Notes under the pieces: generated by a model | Told to the model about the DNA's origin: nothing | The model's database searches: none | The model's input: the letters and a program-made list of their open reading frames with translations, nothing else | Program-made: the position numbers and the translations under genes | Source: Desulfobacterales bacterium | Lineage (GTDB): Bacteria > Desulfobacterota > Desulfobacteria > Desulfobacterales > UBA5852 | DNA length: 64,000 bases | Assembly: GCA_963674755.2 (NCBI GenBank) | Contig: CAXXVS010000001.1 | Coordinates: 416,001 to 480,000, forward strand | Direction: 5' to 3' | Shown here: positions 28,589-38,830 of the stretch, piece by piece | Layout: every line of letters starts with the position of its first letter | Numbering within the stretch: the first letter of the stretch is position 1

Positions 28589-29635
28589 ATGCCTGTGGAT
28601 GATAGCGCCGATCTTTTGTTTCGGCAGGAGCGTGTCACAGCCCGTATCGTGGCCCCCGACGGCACCGCAACGGAGCGCCCCATTGAAATCCGCACGCATC
28701 CGGTGACCGGCCGGCGCTGTCGCATCACCTTCAGCCGCTCGGCCGAAAAGGAGGTCGGTACCCGGCAGCTGCCCGATCCGCCGCCCCACGCCGGGCAGAC
28801 CGGCCGCTGCCCTTTCTGTTCCCCCCAACGGGAATCCCAAACGCCCCGCTTCCCGCCGGAGTTCCACCCCGAAGGCCGAATGGCGCACGGGCTGTCGGTG
28901 CTCTTCCCCAACCTGTTCCCCTATGCGCGCTACTCCGCGGTGAGTTTGTTCGATGACCGGCATTTCGTGGAAATCGGAACCGCTTCGCCGGCGTCCTACA
29001 GGGATTGCTTCCTCAACTGCGCCACCTTTCTGCAGCGTGTTCGCCAGACCGATCCCGCGGCGGTCTACATGGGCATTGCCCAAAATCATCTGCCCTCGGC
29101 CGGCGGTTCCCTGCTGCATCCCCATCTCCAGGTGCATGCCGATCGTATCGCGCCCAACCACCACCGGTTTTTAGACCGGCGTACCCGTGCCTACCGGGCG
29201 GCCACCGGCCGCGGACTGTTTGACGATCTATTGAAGCACGAACAGGAAGACGGTACCCGGATCATCGGCCGGACCGGATCATGGGAATGGCTGGCTGCCT
29301 TTGCACCGGAAGGTTTCTACGAAATCTGGGGCATTCTGCCCGGGCGGACGTCTTTGCGGTCGCTGGCCGTCGGGGAATGGGAAGATCTGGCCCAGGGGGT
29401 GGTGAATACCCAGCGCTTCTATCGCCGTCTGTGTCGCAACGGCTACAACTTCGGCCTGCTCGCGGTGGAAGAAGACGACAGCGCCCTGGAACTGCGGGCC
29501 GTTCTGTTGGTGCGTTCGAACTACGCCGCCTGGGTGCGCAACGACCACACCAGTTTTGAAACGATGCTGGGCGACATGGCCACCTTCCACCTGCCGGAGG
29601 AAACCGCCCGCCTGGCAAGACCTTATTGGCAGTGA
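28589..29635 (+). CDS. GalT-like (HIT) nucleotidyltransferase
   Basis: CPFC, FPNLFPY, AGGSLLHPHLQ. Confidence 0.8.
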   Translation: MPVDDSADLLFRQERVTARIVAPDGTATERPIEIRTHPVTGRRCRITFSRSAEKEVGTRQLPDPPPHAGQTGRCPFCSPQRESQTPRFPPEFHPEGRMAHGLSVLFPNLFPYARYSAVSLFDDRHFVEIGTASPASYRDCFLNCATFLQRVRQTDPAAVYMGIAQNHLPSAGGSLLHPHLQVHADRIAPNHHRFLDRRTRAYRAATGRGLFDDLLKHEQEDGTRIIGRTGSWEWLAAFAPEGFYEIWGILPGRTSLRSLAVGEWEDLAQGVVNTQRFYRRLCRNGYNFGLLAVEEDDSALELRAVLLVRSNYAAWVRNDHTSFETMLGDMATFHLPEETARLARPYWQ

Positions 29636-29800
29636 TCCTGCCATATGGCCGGTACCAGGTGCCCAGCCCGGAGCACTCCACATACGCCGTTTGGCGTTTT
29701 CAGGCGAGTTGTTTGAAAAGAGATTGTGGGGGGCTCACGCGGCGTCACGGTTCGGTCCGGCCGCCGGCGCACCAAGGCCATCCCGATTCGATAAGGCCCA

Positions 29801-30739
29801 TCAGGCCGCTTGTTGATAGGAAGCCGGTGTCTGCTGTTCTTTGGCCCGGGTCTTGGCCAGAATGGCCGTGATGCGCGCGTCTTTTTCCAGCCACAAACGG
29901 TTCAGCCATTCCTGGAACCAGCCGCGATAGGCGTCGTCGTTGAAGTAGTCGCCCTGCAGTTTGTTTGTTACGGGGATTTCCCGAACCCGTATGACAACGT
30001 CCTGCAGACGGCCGCAAAGCATATCCCAGAAGGACACGGCACCCTGGGGGTAGACGATGGTCACGTCCAGGATACTGGTCATCTGATCTCCCATGGCGCT
30101 CAGAACAAAGGCGATGCCGCCGGAGCGGGGGCGCAGCAGATGGCTGTATGGGGATTGCTGGCGCCGATGCTTGGCCGCCGTGAAGCGTGTGCCTTCGGTG
30201 AAGTTCATGATGGAAACCGGGATCTCGCGGAATTTCCGGCAGGCCCGGCGGGTGATTTCCAGGTCCTTGCCCTTGAGATGCGGTTTGCGCTGCAGCACAG
30301 CCCGGGAATAGCGTTTGACGAAAGGAAAATCCAGCGCCCACCAGGCCAGTCCCAGAACCGGCATCCAGATGAGTTCCTGTTTGATAAAGAATTTCAAAAA
30401 CGGGATGCGGCGGTGGAAAATACGCTGCAGCACCAGGATGTCCACCCAGGACTGGTGATTGGAAAGGACCAGATACCAGTTGCCGGCCCGCAGGGCCTCG
30501 AGACCGCGGATGTCCCACCGGATGGAATTCATGACTTGCAGGTTCAGGTTGTTGACGGCAATCCAGCGGGCCGCAATCCAATTCAGGATGCGGCTGCATT
30601 GGCGGCGCCAGCCGCGCTGGGGCACGATGGCTTTCAGCAGGGCCACGATAAAGAGGAGAAAACACCAAAACAACGTATTCACGGTGTAGCCGGTAAGCGC
30701 TATAACGCCGCGAAGCGGTCCGGGAATCAGCGTCAACAT
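29801..30739 (-). CDS. yihG: YihG-like acyltransferase
   Basis: NHQSWVDI, KFFIKQELIW.P.LGLAWWALDFPF, EGTRFT. Confidence 0.9.
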   Translation of the reverse strand: MLTLIPGPLRGVIALTGYTVNTLFWCFLLFIVALLKAIVPQRGWRRQCSRILNWIAARWIAVNNLNLQVMNSIRWDIRGLEALRAGNWYLVLSNHQSWVDILVLQRIFHRRIPFLKFFIKQELIWMPVLGLAWWALDFPFVKRYSRAVLQRKPHLKGKDLEITRRACRKFREIPVSIMNFTEGTRFTAAKHRRQQSPYSHLLRPRSGGIAFVLSAMGDQMTSILDVTIVYPQGAVSFWDMLCGRLQDVVIRVREIPVTNKLQGDYFNDDAYRGWFQEWLNRLWLEKDARITAILAKTRAKEQQTPASYQQAA

Positions 30740-30929
30740 GGTCAGCAGGCTCCTATCAGATCAGAAGATTCGCATGTCATAACCATCAAAGCTTATGATA
30801 AGTTTATCCGATATCGACCGCGCAGGATAGTCGCAGGGGGCCTTTTACAATTATTTTACAAGCATTTTTCGGCGATCGTCCATCGGACGCACCTGGCGGC
30901 CGTTGACTTGGCAGCCGCAATCACCTTAA

Positions 30930-31898
30930 ATGATGTCCGTTATGCGAAGCCGATCCTGGATAGTTCACCCTATAGCGATTTTTGTGTTTTCGACCATCGC
31001 CCTGGTCCTCTCCCTGTTTCTCTATATTTACTGGTATGTGGAGGTGAGCACGGGGCTCGAGGCCATGGTGCGCCGGCTGAATCTGGAGCCCGTCCAGGTG
31101 CTGACGCCCGAGACCTGGGTGGTGGTGCTGGTGCTCTCCATCCTAGTGGGCATCATCCTCATGGGGATTTTCACGATTTTCGTTTATAACCAGAAGACCC
31201 TGCAGCTCTTCCGCTTGCAGCACAACTTTATCAACAACTTCACCCATGAGTTGAAAACCCCGGTAACCTCCCTGAAGCTTTTTCTGGAGACTTTTCTCAA
31301 ATACGATCTGGCCCGTACCGATCAGGAGCGTTATATTCACTACATGCTTTCGGATGTGGGGCGACTTTCCGACAATATCAACCGCATCCTCAACCTGGCC
31401 CGCCTGGAGAGCAAGAGCTACCAGCCGGATTTCCACCCCACGGACCTTGTCGCGGCTGTCGGTGAATTGCTGGAAATCCATGCGCCCCTTTTTGAAGGCT
31501 GCGCGATCCGGATTCATGCGCCGGCGGAGGAGACGTGGTATCATCCCGTGGATCGGCCCCTGTTTGACATGCTGGTGATGAATTTGCTGACCAATGCGGT
31601 GAAGTACAATCAATCCGAGCAGCCCTGCATTGACATCCGGTTTCAAGCGGGGCGGCGGTATCTTCGAATCCGTTTCGAAGACAACGGGATTGGGATCGAC
31701 AAGCGGGATGCCCGCAAAATTTTTCGTCGTTTTTACCAGGCCGGACGGCCGGGCCGTTTGCAGGCCAAAGGCAGCGGACTGGGGCTAAACCTTGTCCAGC
31801 ATATTGCCAGGATCCACAAAGGTCGGGTGGAGGCCGAGGGCCGCACGGATGCCGATGGATCGGTCTTCACCCTCATTTTGCCCAAAGGTAAACCATAG
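30930..31898 (+). CDS. Sensor histidine kinase
   Basis: Two TMs, THELKTP, NAVKY, DNGIG, GSGLGL. Confidence 0.92.
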   Translation: MMSVMRSRSWIVHPIAIFVFSTIALVLSLFLYIYWYVEVSTGLEAMVRRLNLEPVQVLTPETWVVVLVLSILVGIILMGIFTIFVYNQKTLQLFRLQHNFINNFTHELKTPVTSLKLFLETFLKYDLARTDQERYIHYMLSDVGRLSDNINRILNLARLESKSYQPDFHPTDLVAAVGELLEIHAPLFEGCAIRIHAPAEETWYHPVDRPLFDMLVMNLLTNAVKYNQSEQPCIDIRFQAGRRYLRIRFEDNGIGIDKRDARKIFRRFYQAGRPGRLQAKGSGLGLNLVQHIARIHKGRVEAEGRTDADGSVFTLILPKGKP

Positions 31899-31916
31899 CC
31901 GCTAGCGGGAACCGAG

Positions 31917-32672
31917 ATGACGATACCGAACAATGCCAAGAGCCGCATCCTGGTGGTTGAAGATGAAAAGCATATCGCCGAGGGGATCCGCCTGAACCTC
32001 TCCCTTCTGGGCTACGATGTCGCCGTTGCCAAGGACGGTGTTGCGGCCTTGCAGCAGTGGAAGGCCTGGCGGCCGGATCTGATCGTGCTGGACATCATGC
32101 TGCCGGGCATCGATGGCTTTTCCGTTTTGCAAAACATCCGCCTGGAAGATGAGAAACTGCCCATCCTCATCCTTTCCGCCAAGGCCACGTCCGATGACCG
32201 CATCCGGGGGTTGACCCACGGGGTCGACGATTATCTGACCAAACCGTTCAATCTGGAGGAGTTCCAGCTGCGCGTGGAACGCCTGATCAAGCGGGCGCGT
32301 TGGAGCCGGGAAAATGACACCGGATTTGAGAATCAACAAGTTGCCGACGCCGTGTTCGTCTTTGGCCACAACACGGTCGAACTCGAAACGGGCGAGGCCC
32401 ATTGCCGGGGCGGTGTCGTGCGGTTGACGGAACAGGAGCTCAAGTTGCTCAAACTGTTTATCAAACATCGCGGACGGCCCCTGTCACGGACCAAGATCCT
32501 GGAGATCGGGTGGGGGTACACCGGCGAGATGACGACCCGCACGGTCGACAATTTCATCGTGCGGTTCCGCAAGTACTTCGAAGCCGACCCCAAGAAGCCG
32601 GTATTCTTCAAAAGTGTGCGGTCGGTGGGGTATTTATTCGACGACGGCCGTAAGGAAGCGCATGAAATCTGA
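31917..32672 (+). CDS. OmpR-family response regulator
   Basis: REC plus wHTH (TRTVDNFIVRFRKYFE, SVRSVGY). Confidence 0.93.
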   Translation: MTIPNNAKSRILVVEDEKHIAEGIRLNLSLLGYDVAVAKDGVAALQQWKAWRPDLIVLDIMLPGIDGFSVLQNIRLEDEKLPILILSAKATSDDRIRGLTHGVDDYLTKPFNLEEFQLRVERLIKRARWSRENDTGFENQQVADAVFVFGHNTVELETGEAHCRGGVVRLTEQELKLLKLFIKHRGRPLSRTKILEIGWGYTGEMTTRTVDNFIVRFRKYFEADPKKPVFFKSVRSVGYLFDDGRKEAHEI

Positions 32673-32704
32673 TTCGGAAACAGCCGGCAACGGATGAACA
32701 CGAA

Positions 32705-33652
32705 CTAAATGTAGATTCCCGCCAGATAAATCTCCTCCGGTGCCATCGGCGCCGGACCGCTGTCGCAGATCAAATAGGGATTGATGCGTTCATTCCAGGC
32801 GATGAAGTCGACCATCTGATTGCTCAGGTGGGCATTCGACAAACCGGTCGGGGTCATGCCGTCGTACGCACTAATTTCCCAGTTTTCGAAGTCGGCGAAT
32901 GCGGGATAGGTCAGATAGCGCAGGGCCGGGGACTGACTCAAGGCGGCGGTCAGCAGGGGCTCGCGCCAGGCGTCCTTGCGGGAAAGAATCAGGGTGGGAA
33001 TGGTGATTTTCTGGAGCGGCAGGCCCATCAACCCCCGGGGGCACAATTCTAAAAGAAGTTCCTGTTCGGGGCAGCGGGTGATGCCGTCGGCGATGACAAG
33101 GCCGGTGACCTTCTCTTGGAGGTCGACGGCCGCGGTGACGGCCGAAAAGGCGCCCATACGGATGCCGACCAGCCAGATGGGCCGCGGATCTTCGCGGGTA
33201 AGATAGTCAACCGCGGCGCGGATATCGCGGGCATGCTCGCGGCTCAGCCGGAAGATAGCAGGGCCGTGCCATCCGTTGACACCCAAAATGGAGTGGTGAT
33301 CCGGCGGTGCATCCATCAAAACGACCGTCATCTGCCGTTCCAGCAGGTGACCCATCAACTCCCAGGGCACATCGGCCGTGCGGCCCATCTGGGGCGCGCT
33401 GAAGATAGGGGTGATGTCCAGCCGGCCGTTGCCGTCCGGAAAGAGAATAACCGTGGCCAGCGGTTGGATCGGACGGTAGACGATCATGCGCGTTTGGATG
33501 CCTGGGCGGGATTCGATCTGAACCAGATGCTGGGGGATGTCGAATGGTGCTTCCGCCAAGGCGGCGGCGCTTCCGATTAACAATACGATAGCTGCAACGA
33601 TCGCGACGATCCGCATGGTATGGCCCTCCCAAGGTTGATGGTTGTCAGCCAT
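32705..33652 (-). CDS. Secreted alpha/beta-hydrolase-like protein
   Basis: Signal peptide; IWLVGIRMG elbow lacking the catalytic Ser. Confidence 0.65.
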   Translation of the reverse strand: MADNHQPWEGHTMRIVAIVAAIVLLIGSAAALAEAPFDIPQHLVQIESRPGIQTRMIVYRPIQPLATVILFPDGNGRLDITPIFSAPQMGRTADVPWELMGHLLERQMTVVLMDAPPDHHSILGVNGWHGPAIFRLSREHARDIRAAVDYLTREDPRPIWLVGIRMGAFSAVTAAVDLQEKVTGLVIADGITRCPEQELLLELCPRGLMGLPLQKITIPTLILSRKDAWREPLLTAALSQSPALRYLTYPAFADFENWEISAYDGMTPTGLSNAHLSNQMVDFIAWNERINPYLICDSGPAPMAPEEIYLAGIYI

Positions 33653-33915
33653 CCACCCTTATGGCAGGCCGCTACCGGGCGGCCCACCGTCATGGGTGGT
33701 GTAGTGCAGCCAGCGTTTTCACGTCTGTGTGGGCGTCCTCCTGTTGCTCGATGAATAATATAAAAAATGAATGTTATTTATTTTATAAGGATGTAAAAGC
33801 TATGTCAAGACCTTATTGCAGCGTCTGATTCCGAATTATAGGCGCCAATGGTGGCCGAACCTCGGCGGATGTCACCGGCCGTCAAGGGCCGGCCACGGGC
33901 GCTCGGTCAGGGGGG

Positions 33916-34137
33916 TCAACCGATGGGGGACGGTTTGCAGAGATGTTCGCTTTCCATGGCAAGTCGGCCGCAGCCATCGCAGACGAATCGCATGGCGGTC
34001 AGCTTGCCCTTGCACATGTGGGCCTGGCTGACTTGCGGCGCTCCACAAAAGGAGCAATTCTGGCGATCGCCGCAGGGGTTGCAGAGGTGTCCGGGATCTT
34101 TGGCTACCGCACCACACTGTTTACACGTATAGGCCAT
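33916..34137 (-). CDS. Small Cys/His-rich repeat protein (73 aa)
   Basis: AGGAGG RBS; two CxxCG-x7-HLCxP units flanking CxxC...HMC. Confidence 0.8.
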   Translation of the reverse strand: MAYTCKQCGAVAKDPGHLCNPCGDRQNCSFCGAPQVSQAHMCKGKLTAMRFVCDGCGRLAMESEHLCKPSPIG

Positions 34138-34298
34138 CGTGCGCCTCCTTTCCCTATATACAGGATATTATGGGTTGCGCGTTGTCCGCAAACAGCTGCC
34201 CGCTGTTTGCGGTCTTCACCCGAACTAGGTAAGGCCCCTCGAAGGTTTGTCAATTTAGCGCCGCAGGTCCGCTTAGCGTGGCGGTGGCGCTGTCGGGT

Positions 34299-35420
34299 TT
34301 AACCGGCTTTCCGAAAGCGGGGCGGCGTTTCGGGTTGCAGGCCGTGGAAGCGGCCGAATTGACGATAGCCTTCAGACCCCATCACCCGCTTGATCATCGG
34401 CGCGGCGCTGCGGGTCAGATCCAGGAAAACCAGACCGTCCACGACATCGGCAAAAGACGGATCGAGGTTGAAGCACAACAGGGTTGCGCCCAGCTTGAGA
34501 TACTGTCGCAAAAGCACCGGAAGTCCTTTGCCGTCCTCTTCCAGCTCGGCATGTTCGTCGTTCCAAAGGAAGAGGTGCCGGTAATGGGCGTCGAAGCGAT
34601 CGAGGTCGATGGGCCGCCCCGTGCCTTCGCCCACTTCACGAAAGGTGATTTCGCGCAGCCGGCCGATTTCCCGCACGAGGAGCGGTGCCTGGCCGGCATC
34701 GACGTAGTAGACGCAAAAGCGCCCTTGCTGCGTCAATTGTTGGTTGCGGGGCAGGGATTGGATTTCTTCCTGCAAACGTCATTGGAAATGGGGCGAATGA
34801 TTGGATGGGAAGACAAGGTATGGTTTTTCCCATAGGCGACGACCTCCGCAGGGAGTCCCGACGAACTTAGGCGATGGGAGAGGAAGCAGGTTTGCCGCCG
34901 GAGGTGGTCCGTCAGGTCGGCATCGGAACCGATGGCGGCCAAGCGCGACCAGGGACGGGCCTGGCCGACGACGGCGCGGAAGGCGCAGCCGCGGCAGCGG
35001 TTGACCTCCCCGGCCGGAAAATCCCTATGCAGCCACCGGAAAGCAGCCACTCAACGGCCTGATGAAGGGCGCGTCCGTTGAAGCGTGTCGCGCTGCGCCT
35101 CTTGAGGACGTCCAGCGGAATGATGGCCTCACCGACCGCCGTGATGCCAGCGAAATATTGATTGGCCAGCAGCCGGAAGTCGGGTCTGGCCCGGGCGATA
35201 ATGGCCCCCAGCATGAGACCGTCCAGCCCCCGTCCCTGGCGGCAGGTGCGGCAGCGCCTTAGGCGGCTTGCAAGGCCCTGCCGCCGGGCAGCCAGTTGAG
35301 GAAACGCCTACCCGGGAGCAGCTCCAGGGAACGATCTGCGATGCGGCCTGGCGGGACCTCCCCCCCCGGAATCACGGGGCGGACATAGCGATTGATTAAT
35401 CCGCAGCATTTCGATACAGA
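34299..35420 (-). pseudogene. Decayed LPLAT-GNAT (hemolysin/ornithine-lipid acyltransferase-like) gene
   Basis: LLAN, IFPAGEV split across frames; EIGRLREITFR.VGEGTG..DLDRFD..Y.HLFLW fused directly to DGKGLPVLLRQYLKLG. Confidence 0.75.
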
Positions 35421-35577
35421 TGACACTGTCAGTATAGGGGATACCTTCTATGCAGCGGATGAGACCACGGTGGCATTAGGGGACTGTTAAACGTCTGTGA
35501 ATTTGTCGTTACGAATGCGCCGTATCGTTATGGTAGCGGGGAAGTCCCATCATGGGGGATAGGGGTAGGAAAGCGCA

Positions 35578-35913
35578 ATGAAAATGGAGATAAACGAAGC
35601 AAACGGTATGGTCAGCTTTATTTTTCAGGGGAGGCTGGATGCGGTGACTTCCGAAGGGGTCGAAGCGGATATCATGCAAGCCATCACCGAAGGCGGACGC
35701 TACCTCTACAATTTGGCATCCCTTGAGTATATCAGCAGTGCCGGTTTGCGGGTTTTATTGGCCACGTCCAAGGAAATTCAGCGCAAGCAAGGTCGGTTCG
35801 TCATGTGCGCCCCCAACCCCAATGTGCGCAATATCCTCGACATCAGCGGGTTTGCGTCGATTTTTCACATGGCGGATACCGTGGAAGAGGGGCAGCGCGT
35901 GCTGGCGGCCTAA
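35578..35913 (+). CDS. STAS anti-sigma factor antagonist (RsbV/MlaB-like)
   Basis: GRLDA, LEYISSAGLRVLL, ILDISGF. Confidence 0.92.
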   Translation: MKMEINEANGMVSFIFQGRLDAVTSEGVEADIMQAITEGGRYLYNLASLEYISSAGLRVLLATSKEIQRKQGRFVMCAPNPNVRNILDISGFASIFHMADTVEEGQRVLAA

Positions 35914-35934
35914 CCTCTTCCTCCGGCGGACTTC

Positions 35935-36792
35935 CTATTCGCTGACCTGCCGTGCGCGGAATTGCAGGTAGGCATTGCGCATGGCGGTGTAAGGATCCAG
36001 CGACATCTCCTTGAATTTTTTGTATTCGTCGGCATAGGGGGCGTATTGCGCGAATTCGCGGAAGCTTACGATGCCCAAATACTCCCAATACTTGATATCG
36101 AGGTAGTAAAAGGGGTCCAGGAAACCGTTCGCGACCCGGCCCACGGTGTCCCGGGCGGTTGATGGCCCCAGCAGGGGCAGCATGAGGTAGAACCCCTGCC
36201 CGATGCCCCAGGCACCGAACACCTGGCCCATGTCTTCATCGGCAACCTGCCAGCCGGTCCAGTCATCCTCCTTGGCCAAATCGGCAAAGCCCAGGATGCC
36301 GAAGCTCGTGTTGATAAGAAACCGTCCGGTTTCCGTGCCGGCTTCCTTCCACTTGGCCTGCAGCAGGCAACTCACCAGCCGGACCGGGGTGTACCAGTTG
36401 GAGAAGAAATTGGTGATCCCGGTGCGCACGGGCTGCGGCACGAATCGGTTATAGCCCCGGGCGGCCGGAATACCGATATTCAGATAGACGAAATCGTTGA
36501 AGTGCCAGACGCCCTTGTTGTAATAATAGAGCGGATCGGCGATGGTGAGATCCTCCTCCTCGTCGTCCTCAAAGAGGGCATCCTCATCTTCCCATAAATC
36601 ATCTTCGTTTTGTGTTTTTTTCTTAGCCGCATCCTTGATAAGACCCTTCTGTTGGGCCACGTAGATCACCGTATCATTCGGGGGAGCAATCTTATATGCT
36701 GGCAAGGGCGCGATCGGCGCGCTCCAGGCCGGCGCCCCCAGCGCGGCGATAACGATTGCTGCGGTGATGATGTGCGTGCGCGTTACTGACAT
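35935..36792 (-). CDS. mlaA: MlaA/VacJ family protein
   Basis: DPL..YN..FND, RFLINTSFGILG, EDMGQ, LPLLGPSTARD, DPY..MRNAYLQ.R. Confidence 0.92.
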   Translation of the reverse strand: MSVTRTHIITAAIVIAALGAPAWSAPIAPLPAYKIAPPNDTVIYVAQQKGLIKDAAKKKTQNEDDLWEDEDALFEDDEEEDLTIADPLYYYNKGVWHFNDFVYLNIGIPAARGYNRFVPQPVRTGITNFFSNWYTPVRLVSCLLQAKWKEAGTETGRFLINTSFGILGFADLAKEDDWTGWQVADEDMGQVFGAWGIGQGFYLMLPLLGPSTARDTVGRVANGFLDPFYYLDIKYWEYLGIVSFREFAQYAPYADEYKKFKEMSLDPYTAMRNAYLQFRARQVSE

Positions 36793-36890
36793 GGAATGCT
36801 CCTGTTTGGCATGGCGGGTCGCCGCTTCCGTCCGGGCCCGTCGCCCTGTTCATCCGGGATCGACCGGCGCGGGTTGTCTGTCGATTCACC

Positions 36891-37346
36891 TTACTTGCCT
36901 TCAACATTGCCAAAGGCGTATTTGCTGATCAGGTCCATGATATCCACCGGCGATTCGGTTTCCGTGATGGTCTCGCCATTGCCGAGCAGCGCGCCGCCAC
37001 CGCCGGGATCGATCGAGACATATTTATCGCCGATCAGCCCGGCGGTTTTGATGGAGGCAATGGCATCGTCATACACCTTGATCCCCTTTTGAATTTTAAG
37101 CTCGGCGATGGCCTGCTGCTTGGCCTGGTCCATTTTGAAGGCCGTCACGCGTCCGATTTCCATTCCCAGCATTTCAACGGAATTGTCGACATGCAGGCCG
37201 TTCACAGAATTGAAAGGCGCATACAAGGTGTAGGTATTGTCGCCCAACAAGGAGACATTGCCCAGGCGGACCGCCATGAAAGCGATGGCGGCCAGCCCCA
37301 GCACCACAAAGATGCCGACGATGGTTTCGTTGGAGTATTTTTTCAT
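36891..37346 (-). CDS. mlaD: MlaD (MCE) protein
   Basis: ETIVGIFV, GL...NSVEMLG.EIGRV, IKTAGLIGDKYVSIDPGG. Confidence 0.93.
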   Translation of the reverse strand: MKKYSNETIVGIFVVLGLAAIAFMAVRLGNVSLLGDNTYTLYAPFNSVNGLHVDNSVEMLGMEIGRVTAFKMDQAKQQAIAELKIQKGIKVYDDAIASIKTAGLIGDKYVSIDPGGGGALLGNGETITETESPVDIMDLISKYAFGNVEGK

Positions 37347-37410
37347 TCGGTGCCCTTTCCGGCCTTCCGGCACTGCGACGGCTCCCGGTATCCCGAGGGT
37401 GCCGCCGATG

Positions 37411-38265
37411 TCAAAGCAAAAAAGAGGTAACGATATAATCGGCCACCAGGATGCAGACACAGCATAGCACCACGGCCGAGGTGGTTGCACGGCTGACGCT
37501 GCGGGCGCCGTGGCTGTCCTGGCGCATGTGGGTGAAATAGCCCTGATAGCAGCAGATGGTGGAAACGATGACGGCAAAGACAAAGGCCTTGATGAAACCG
37601 CCGTTGATGTCCGCCATTTCAACGCTGTTGTGAATCCGGTAGAAATAGGCGCCCTCGTTGGATCCCATCAGCACAACCCCGCTGATGTAGCCCCCCAGGA
37701 TGCCGATCAAGTCGAAGAAAGCCGTCAGGATCGGAAAGCTGACGATGGCGGCCGCCACCTTGGGGCTGACGAGATAGCCGATGGGATCGATGCGCATGGT
37801 GAACAGCGCATCGATTTGTTCCGAATTGCGCTGGATGCCGATTTCGGCCGTCATGGAGGAACCGGCCCGGGCCGTGATCATGATGGCGGTGAGCACCGGA
37901 CCCAATTCGCGGATGATCGACAGCGCCACCGCCGAGCCCAGTTCGCCGACCGAGCCGTATTTGACCAGGACGTAATAGAGCTGGAGGCCCATGACCATAC
38001 CGGTGAACAGCCCCACCAGGGCGACGATATTAACGGTGCGGGCCCCGATGGTGTTGATCTGCTGCACAATGGCCCGGGGTTGTTTGCGATGGAAAATAAG
38101 AAGGAGGGCCTTGCTCAGGAAAATGGTCGCAGCCCCCAGATTGCTCACCACCCGCATGACCCGTCGGCCCACAGGCTCGAAAAGGCGGGTCAGGAGCGGA
38201 GGCCTTAGGGGCTCGGCCGTGGGGCCGTGGGCGGGGGCGGGATCGTTTGTAAGGGAAGGCGCCAT
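37411..38265 (-). CDS. mlaE: MlaE ABC permease
   Basis: IRELGPVLTAIMITARAGSSMTAEIG..EQIDAL..M.IDP. Confidence 0.93.
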   Translation of the reverse strand: MAPSLTNDPAPAHGPTAEPLRPPLLTRLFEPVGRRVMRVVSNLGAATIFLSKALLLIFHRKQPRAIVQQINTIGARTVNIVALVGLFTGMVMGLQLYYVLVKYGSVGELGSAVALSIIRELGPVLTAIMITARAGSSMTAEIGIQRNSEQIDALFTMRIDPIGYLVSPKVAAAIVSFPILTAFFDLIGILGGYISGVVLMGSNEGAYFYRIHNSVEMADINGGFIKAFVFAVIVSTICCYQGYFTHMRQDSHGARSVSRATTSAVVLCCVCILVADYIVTSFLL

Positions 38266-38267
38266 GG

Positions 38268-38762
38268 TCAGGTTCCTTGCGGTGTTTGGCCGTTATCGGC
38301 GTCGCCCGGTTCCGGTCCGGCCGCCTGAGGCGAGGAGGCCGGCTCGCTTTGGCGCTGGAACCACAGACGCAGAATGTTCCAGTCATCCTGGCGCTGGTAT
38401 TCCATCATGTCGCGCATTTGGCGGACGAAATTGATACCGAGTCCTCCCAAGGTGTTCTCCATCTGCGTGTTCTGGGGGGGCGGTTTTTGGACGGCCAGGG
38501 GGTTGAAAGGACGGCCGTTGTCGCGAAACTTCATGGCGATCATATCGTCATCGACCGCGACGTCGAAGTGAATTTCGTGCGGCTGGTCGTCTTCATAGGC
38601 ATAGGCCACGATATTGACGAAGACCTCTTCCAGACTGAGCTCGAGAGCATACAGGGTTCGGGAGGGCAGCGGGTAGGGCCGTAGGAAGATTTGCAGCATT
38701 TGGGTCAGCACGCTCAGTTCCTCGCGTTTATTTTCCAGCACCACGGCCATTTTGCGGGTCAT
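38268..38762 (-). CDS. RsbW/SpoIIAB-like Ser kinase (HATPase_c_2)
   Basis: LEEVFVNIVAYAY, RDNGRPFNP, GGLGINFVRQMRD. Confidence 0.9.
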   Translation of the reverse strand: MTRKMAVVLENKREELSVLTQMLQIFLRPYPLPSRTLYALELSLEEVFVNIVAYAYEDDQPHEIHFDVAVDDDMIAMKFRDNGRPFNPLAVQKPPPQNTQMENTLGGLGINFVRQMRDMMEYQRQDDWNILRLWFQRQSEPASSPQAAGPEPGDADNGQTPQGT

Positions 38763-38830
38763 GCCAACCTCGTTGGTTTGAAAATAGATTTTCCCCGGCG
38801 GAGGGTGTCTCCCGAAGCCGCCGGGTGCCA

